From: the human T2T-CHM13v2.0 reference genome, Homo sapiens
Strand: one strand, 5' to 3'
NCBI RefSeq assembly: GCF_009914755.1
Contig: NC_060937.1
Length of the DNA: 64,000 nucleotides
A program made the position numbers and the translations under genes. Positions 58,600-64,000 of this stretch are shown here, one piece after another. Under the pieces are notes generated by a model. The model was not told the origin of the DNA, did no database searches, and saw nothing but the letters and a program-made list of their open reading frames with translations. Every line of letters begins with the position of its first letter. Position 1 is the stretch's first letter.

Positions 58600-59942
58600 G
58601 ACAGAGATCACTTGAATGGGAGAAGGCAGAAAAGTGCAGCCTAGAGCTGAAGAAGACCTGGTGGCACTAACGGGGATAAGCAGGGGTGGGCAGAACTTTC
58701 TGTCTGTGCCCTTTTCCTTTCTCTACTCTTCCCTGGGTGTAACCATTGACTGCATTGTGTCAGAAAACTGTAATGTCATTCCAGGGCCAGCCAGAGATGG
58801 TAAGGTAATAACAGGGCAGCTCTGGAGTCCATTTGGTATAGGCATCCATAGAGGCTGGCCTCTAGACATTCTCTGGTAATTTATTCTCCTCTACATCTTG
58901 GCACTGGGTTATCAAGTGATGGAAATTTCTCATACAAAAGAACAGAGTTGAGGTAGATGAAGAGCAGTTCCCTGTGGATATCTGATGTGAAAGGGATAAC
59001 AAGAAGAATGTGGTTACACCAGACTGCAACACCAGATACTCTCTTTCTGAGAGGAGGAAAAGGATGTTCTGACTGGAAGCAGACATTTTGGGGTTGGCTG
59101 GAAGACTGGGTTGTTTGCTGATTGTGACAATGTTTACTATTTGCTCCGAAAGTGCTGGGCCCTTGACCCTCAGTTCCTCTCTTTACCACAACCCATTCAG
59201 GGTACAGGTGTTATCTGGCCCTCCAAGTTGTCCTGTGGGAACTGAGGCTCAGGCAACCAGTGCAAATATGGGACATTGTGGTTATTGCTTTTGTTATATG
59301 TAATAAAGCCTTCTTCTGTCTCTGAATCAGGGGTTTCAGGTCATCTGTCAGCATCCATGAAACTAATCTGTTATCTTTGCAAATAGGGTAACATCTCAGA
59401 CCCTTCACAGTACTTGACAGATCTGACAACAAAATGGAATGCTGACAAGATACGTGGATTTCTGGAGAATAAAAGACCCAGTCCCATGGTCCAATTAATA
59501 GGATTTGAGGAGAGTGCTTGAGAAGTAATAGTGGATATTCTGACAAAACTGTACAGTCAATCAGGCAATGAGTCATCTTAATTTTGCTGCCTATTAATGA
59601 AGAGAAGAAGAAAAGGTTATAGGCCAAGGGAAATAAGTTCAAAAATATCTCCCAAACAATGTCTTAGTGGCACCTTATGACTAAATTCCTCCTACAGTCC
59701 AACTTGCCAATATTAGATCCTTTCAAAGATGACAATAAAAAGTCTCAGAGTTTAGTTCAATAGGTCCTGGCTGATATAAAGAAGCTATGAATCACTCAGG
59801 AGATTTCCTCTAGTCAGTTATAAAGTCTTTCAGCTCTGATCCAAGAGTCTTATGTTGTCCATCTGATTCCTGAAACTGTGGCAAGCTAAGTTTTTAGCTT
59901 GCAAGCAGGGTAAAAATTCCAGCCCCTTCACAGCTCTTGACA
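58600..59942 (+). mobile_element. ERVL/LTR40 remnant: internal sequence, PPT, LTR (59065-59419), internal sequence, partial LTR (to 59942)
   Basis: Purine tract GAGAGGAGGAAAAGGA precedes TG at 59065; two LTR40 termini CCCTTCACAGTACTTGACA and CCCTTCACAGCTCTTGACA. Confidence 0.6.
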
Positions 59943-60865
59943 AAAAGCTCAGAAATGAGATGACCAAAAAAAGAGGGAGATATGAGAAGTTTCCTGAAAG
60001 AATACAAATAAGAACTAGAAAGAAAATAATACTAGAAAATACAGATTAAATTAGAAGGAGCACAAGAGTAAAGAGACACTGTGGAAAACAGTAGGAGAAA
60101 CAGAATATGCAGAGGAAAAGTGATAAAAATGAAACAAATAAAAAGGAGAGAAGGGAAAAATGACTTGAGAGTAAATGACAAACACAGAGGTCAGGCAAAG
60201 GAGATTAATATATGTATACTTGTAGACCCTAAGGCAGAAAATCAAGGGAATGGAACAGAATAATTAAAGAAAACTATAATCCAAGAAAACTTTCCAGAAT
60301 TAAAAATAATGAACTTACATACCTAAAACAAAAAAGACACAGAATGATCAGCATTGCAACATTCTCTAGTTTAAAAAACAAACAAACAAACAAAAAACAA
60401 CTCTGGGGCTCTAAAGTTAAAAATCAGAAGTTTCGAATTCACACATGAACAATTAAGTATGTGAAGAACTCAAGGGCTATTTTTCCAAGAGTTATTCATG
60501 AGGCACCAACCAGAGAGCAAACTTTATATAACCAAGAAATAATTGGAGAAATTGCAGCATAAAGTCTGATTGTGAGCTCTATACCATCTCTACATCAATT
60601 CACAAAGAAGTCATTAAAAAGTATTGGTATAATTGTTTAATTTGGTGCCTCTTATTAAGCTATAAACCATGAAGGAAAGGATCTTTTCTATCATAGTTTT
60701 TCAACTGTACATTTCTACTCCTGGCATACAAAATAGACATTCAATAAATTTCTTTAATATTTAATAAATATTATAAATAAGTTTCTTCATTCTAAACAAT
60801 ATTTTCCTAATCCAGTTGCTTTAAACAGTTGACATATGAGAATAAGCATTGCCTCTTTCACTCTT

Positions 60866-61176
<311 letters not shown>

Positions 61177-61779
61177 CACTCTTAATTCTTTAACAAACTA
61201 TAGATGATTTCTCAGAACTTGGGAGATATGGTGAGTTTTCCTCCAAGAATCAAAAAATAATGCAAATAAGATTCGTGTTCAACAGTAAAAGCAAAATAGA
61301 AAATAAATGTTATTTTAAATAATATTCTTAAAATACTTATAGTTACAAGGTCAGCAAGAAAATAATAAAAATTAATGTAATAACATCTAAAATATGACTA
61401 CATCAGTCAAAGGACTGGTCACCCAGGGAAGCAGAGAAAAGTCAAAAGAAATGTGAGTAGTGCCTGACAACAGATACCAAATTTCATCAAGGTCACCATC
61501 AAGGTTGTCCCTTATGTAGTAATGAATGTAGGATTCAGGAGTTTATAGAAAGTAAACTTTTATAATTTAGATGTAACTAGCAAGATCATCTCTATTATGA
61601 AATGGATGCATTGGGCTATTTTGGCTGATTTGTTAAATAACTAAATCCATGCTCACCAACCACCTGCTAAAAATGCCCCTTCAATATTTTCTGCCTTTAT
61701 CTTCAACCTCAGCTTTTACTCAATTTTTGACTACTGGCACCTAATATTCAAAAATCACTCTTATTAAAAAAAATAAGTG

Positions 61780-62500
61780 GCAGCCTCCACAGACAGCTAC
61801 TGACTCATCTTATTCCCTTCATAGTCAAAGGTCTTAAAAGACTTAACGACACGTAGCTCTACTGGAAAGGGACATTTTGGGGGTGGTTGGAGACTGGGTT
61901 ATTTGCTGATTGTGACAATTTGACAAGAAACTCAGAAATTAGATAACCAAATAACAGAGATATGAAAAGCTTTACTCACATCTTAACTTACTAAAGTCTT
62001 GATTACTATACCAGTGAAATGGTTCTCACCAAAGGCACTAATAATTTCTCTGTTTTTAAAAGTAGTAGGTGCATAATATTCATATTACTTGATCTGTCTA
62101 CAGTATTTGATAACAGCAATCACTTACAACTTAATATTCTCCTGGCTTTCATGATCTAATACTTTTACAGGATTTCAGCTACCACTACAGGTACTCTTCC
62201 TTAGTCTCCACTGTGTGCTGTTCTTCTCATCAGATTCCCTTAAACATTGCTGTTCTCAGGGTTCTGCCACTGGGCACTATTTTATTCTCATTCTGTGCCT
62301 TCTCCCTACAACTTAAATTACCGTTTTTCATATTGATCACTCTGAAATCCTACCCTTTATCCTATAATTTATTTTATCTAGATCTCTCACTCATATATCA
62401 GCTTACCGATATATTTATATTTGGATATTTCACAAGCATTTCAAATGTGGCACGTCCAAATTCCAATTACCTTCTTCCCCCAAATCTGGTTCTTGGGTAA
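61780..62500. mobile_element. L2 remnant interrupted by a templated insert at about 61858-61973
   Basis: TTGATCTGTCTACAGTATTTGA...CCTTAAACATTGCTGTTCTCAGGGTTCTG...CTTTCAAATGTGGCACGTCCAAA-like L2 motifs. Confidence 0.6.
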
Positions 62501-63068
62501 AAGTAACTATGTTAGAAAGCCTTAACATTTTTTGAAAATTTCTTCCATTAATAAAATACAAAAGCAACTTAATTTGTGTAAAAACCACTAAAATCTTCAA
62601 GGACTTTGAAAATGACATTCTTATATGCTGAGCAGCATGTGAAGAAGTAAAAATAAACAGGCATTTGGAAATCAGATAAATCTTGGGTGACATTTCTCAC
62701 CTCACAAAACTACATAGGTTAACTAATATGCCACTTGAATCTTGAAGCATCAATAAATATGTAAGTCTGGCAGAACCATATAAATTTTTTTAAACAGGCA
62801 ATTCATTGCTTAAAAAGTCTTAATTTGCTGGCATATAATATAAAGTAATTGCATTAAATGGTATAAAACTAGTACTTGAATTCAAAAAGTTAAATGTTCA
62901 ATATTTACAATTTTTTTAGGCAGGTGGATCACTAAGACATGCTTTAGTAAAGAGTATTTAGAAGGTCTCATGGAGATTCAACAACCTAAATTAGTACAAG
63001 TAACAGAGGATTATTAAATGTTTCCTCTAAGATGTCTTGAAAACAAATTCAGTAAAATCTGCTCATTA

Positions 63069-63362
63069 GGCCGGGCACGGTGGCTCACACCTGTAAATCC
63101 CAGAACTTTGGGAGGCCGAGGTGGGCGGATCACGAGGTCACGAGATCGAGACCATCCTGGCTAACACGGTGAAACCCCGTCTCTAATAAAAAAAAAAATA
63201 CAAAAAATTAGCCGGGCGTGGTGGTGGGCACCTGTAGCCCCAGCTACTTCAGAGGCTTAGGTGGGAGAATGGTGTGAACCCAGGAGGCGGAGCTGGCAGT
63301 TAGCCGAGATCATGCCACTGAACTCCAGCCTGGGCGACACAGTGAGACACCGTCTCAAAAAA
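63069..63362 (+). mobile_element. AluY element
   Basis: GAGATCGAGACCATCCTGGCTAACACGG; TSD AAAATC(TC)TGCTCATTA. Confidence 0.9.
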
Positions 63363-63489
63363 AAATCTCTGCTCATTATTTCTCATTTGTACCATTCTTT
63401 TCCACATTTAACAAGGTCAGCAATAATATCACCACATGCATTAGACTCTGCCATTATAAATAAAGCCAATAGAATTATATTTTAAGTGT

Positions 63490-63790
63490 TATTTATTTAT
63501 TTATTTTTTTGAGTCAGAGTCTCACTCTGTTGCCCAGACTGCAGTCCAGTGGTGTGATCTCGGCTCACTGCAGCCTATGCCTCCAGTGTTCAAGTGAGTC
63601 TTGTGCCTCAGCCTCCCGAGTAGCTGGATTACAGGCCCGCACCACCACGCCCAGCTAATTTGTGTATTTTCAGTAGAGACGGGGTCTCACAATGTTGGCC
63701 AGGCTGGTCTCGAACTCCTGGCCTCAAGTGATCTGCCCACCTCAGCCTCCCAAAGTGCTGGGATTACAGGCATGAGCCACTGTGCTGTGC
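63490..63790 (-). mobile_element. Alu (Jb/Sz-like)
   Basis: Reverse Alu with (TTTA)n tail and GGCCTCAAGTGATC. Confidence 0.88.
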
Positions 63791-64000
63791 TAGTAATTCC
63801 TACTTTAATACAATTTAGGTTCAACCCTGAAAACACTTGAAATACCTCCTTCCATATATGCTTGATGTAGAGTTTAGGTACTCCTGAGCTTATATTCCAG
63901 CTTGTGAATGATCTGCCACCAGATTGTCCAGGTATATCATTTCATTTAGGTATAAAATATGCTGATATATTTAAGTAACTTAAAATGAATTTGAAATTTA

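Overview
Human genomic DNA (a human-specific AluYb8-lineage element is present) from inside UGGT2 (UDP-glucose:glycoprotein glucosyltransferase 2), transcribed on the minus strand. Ten coding exons (exons 3-12 by recalled numbering, 1094 nt in total) were delimited from AG/GT boundaries. They splice into one uninterrupted frame, from SDYSYYNLILKKAGQFLD to VLDIRHSSIM. The rest of the window is intronic and repeat-rich: 16 Alus, nested and inverted L1 fragments, LTRs (LTR7, LTR9, MST, LTR40 remnants, LTR32-like, MER77-like, MLT1), DNA transposons (MER58A, Tigger2a), L2 and MIR. Repeat subfamily names come from recalled consensus motifs, not from a search. I see no new protein-coding system. The most notable items are an intact LTR7up-like solo LTR antisense to UGGT2, a near-consensus CTCF site beside a 32-bp palindrome, two phase-0 exon blocks that would form stop-free circular RNAs, a tiny twin-primed L1PA2-type insert nested in another twin-primed L1, reuse of L1 endonuclease target sites, and two locally templated insertions, one of them a two-segment composite.
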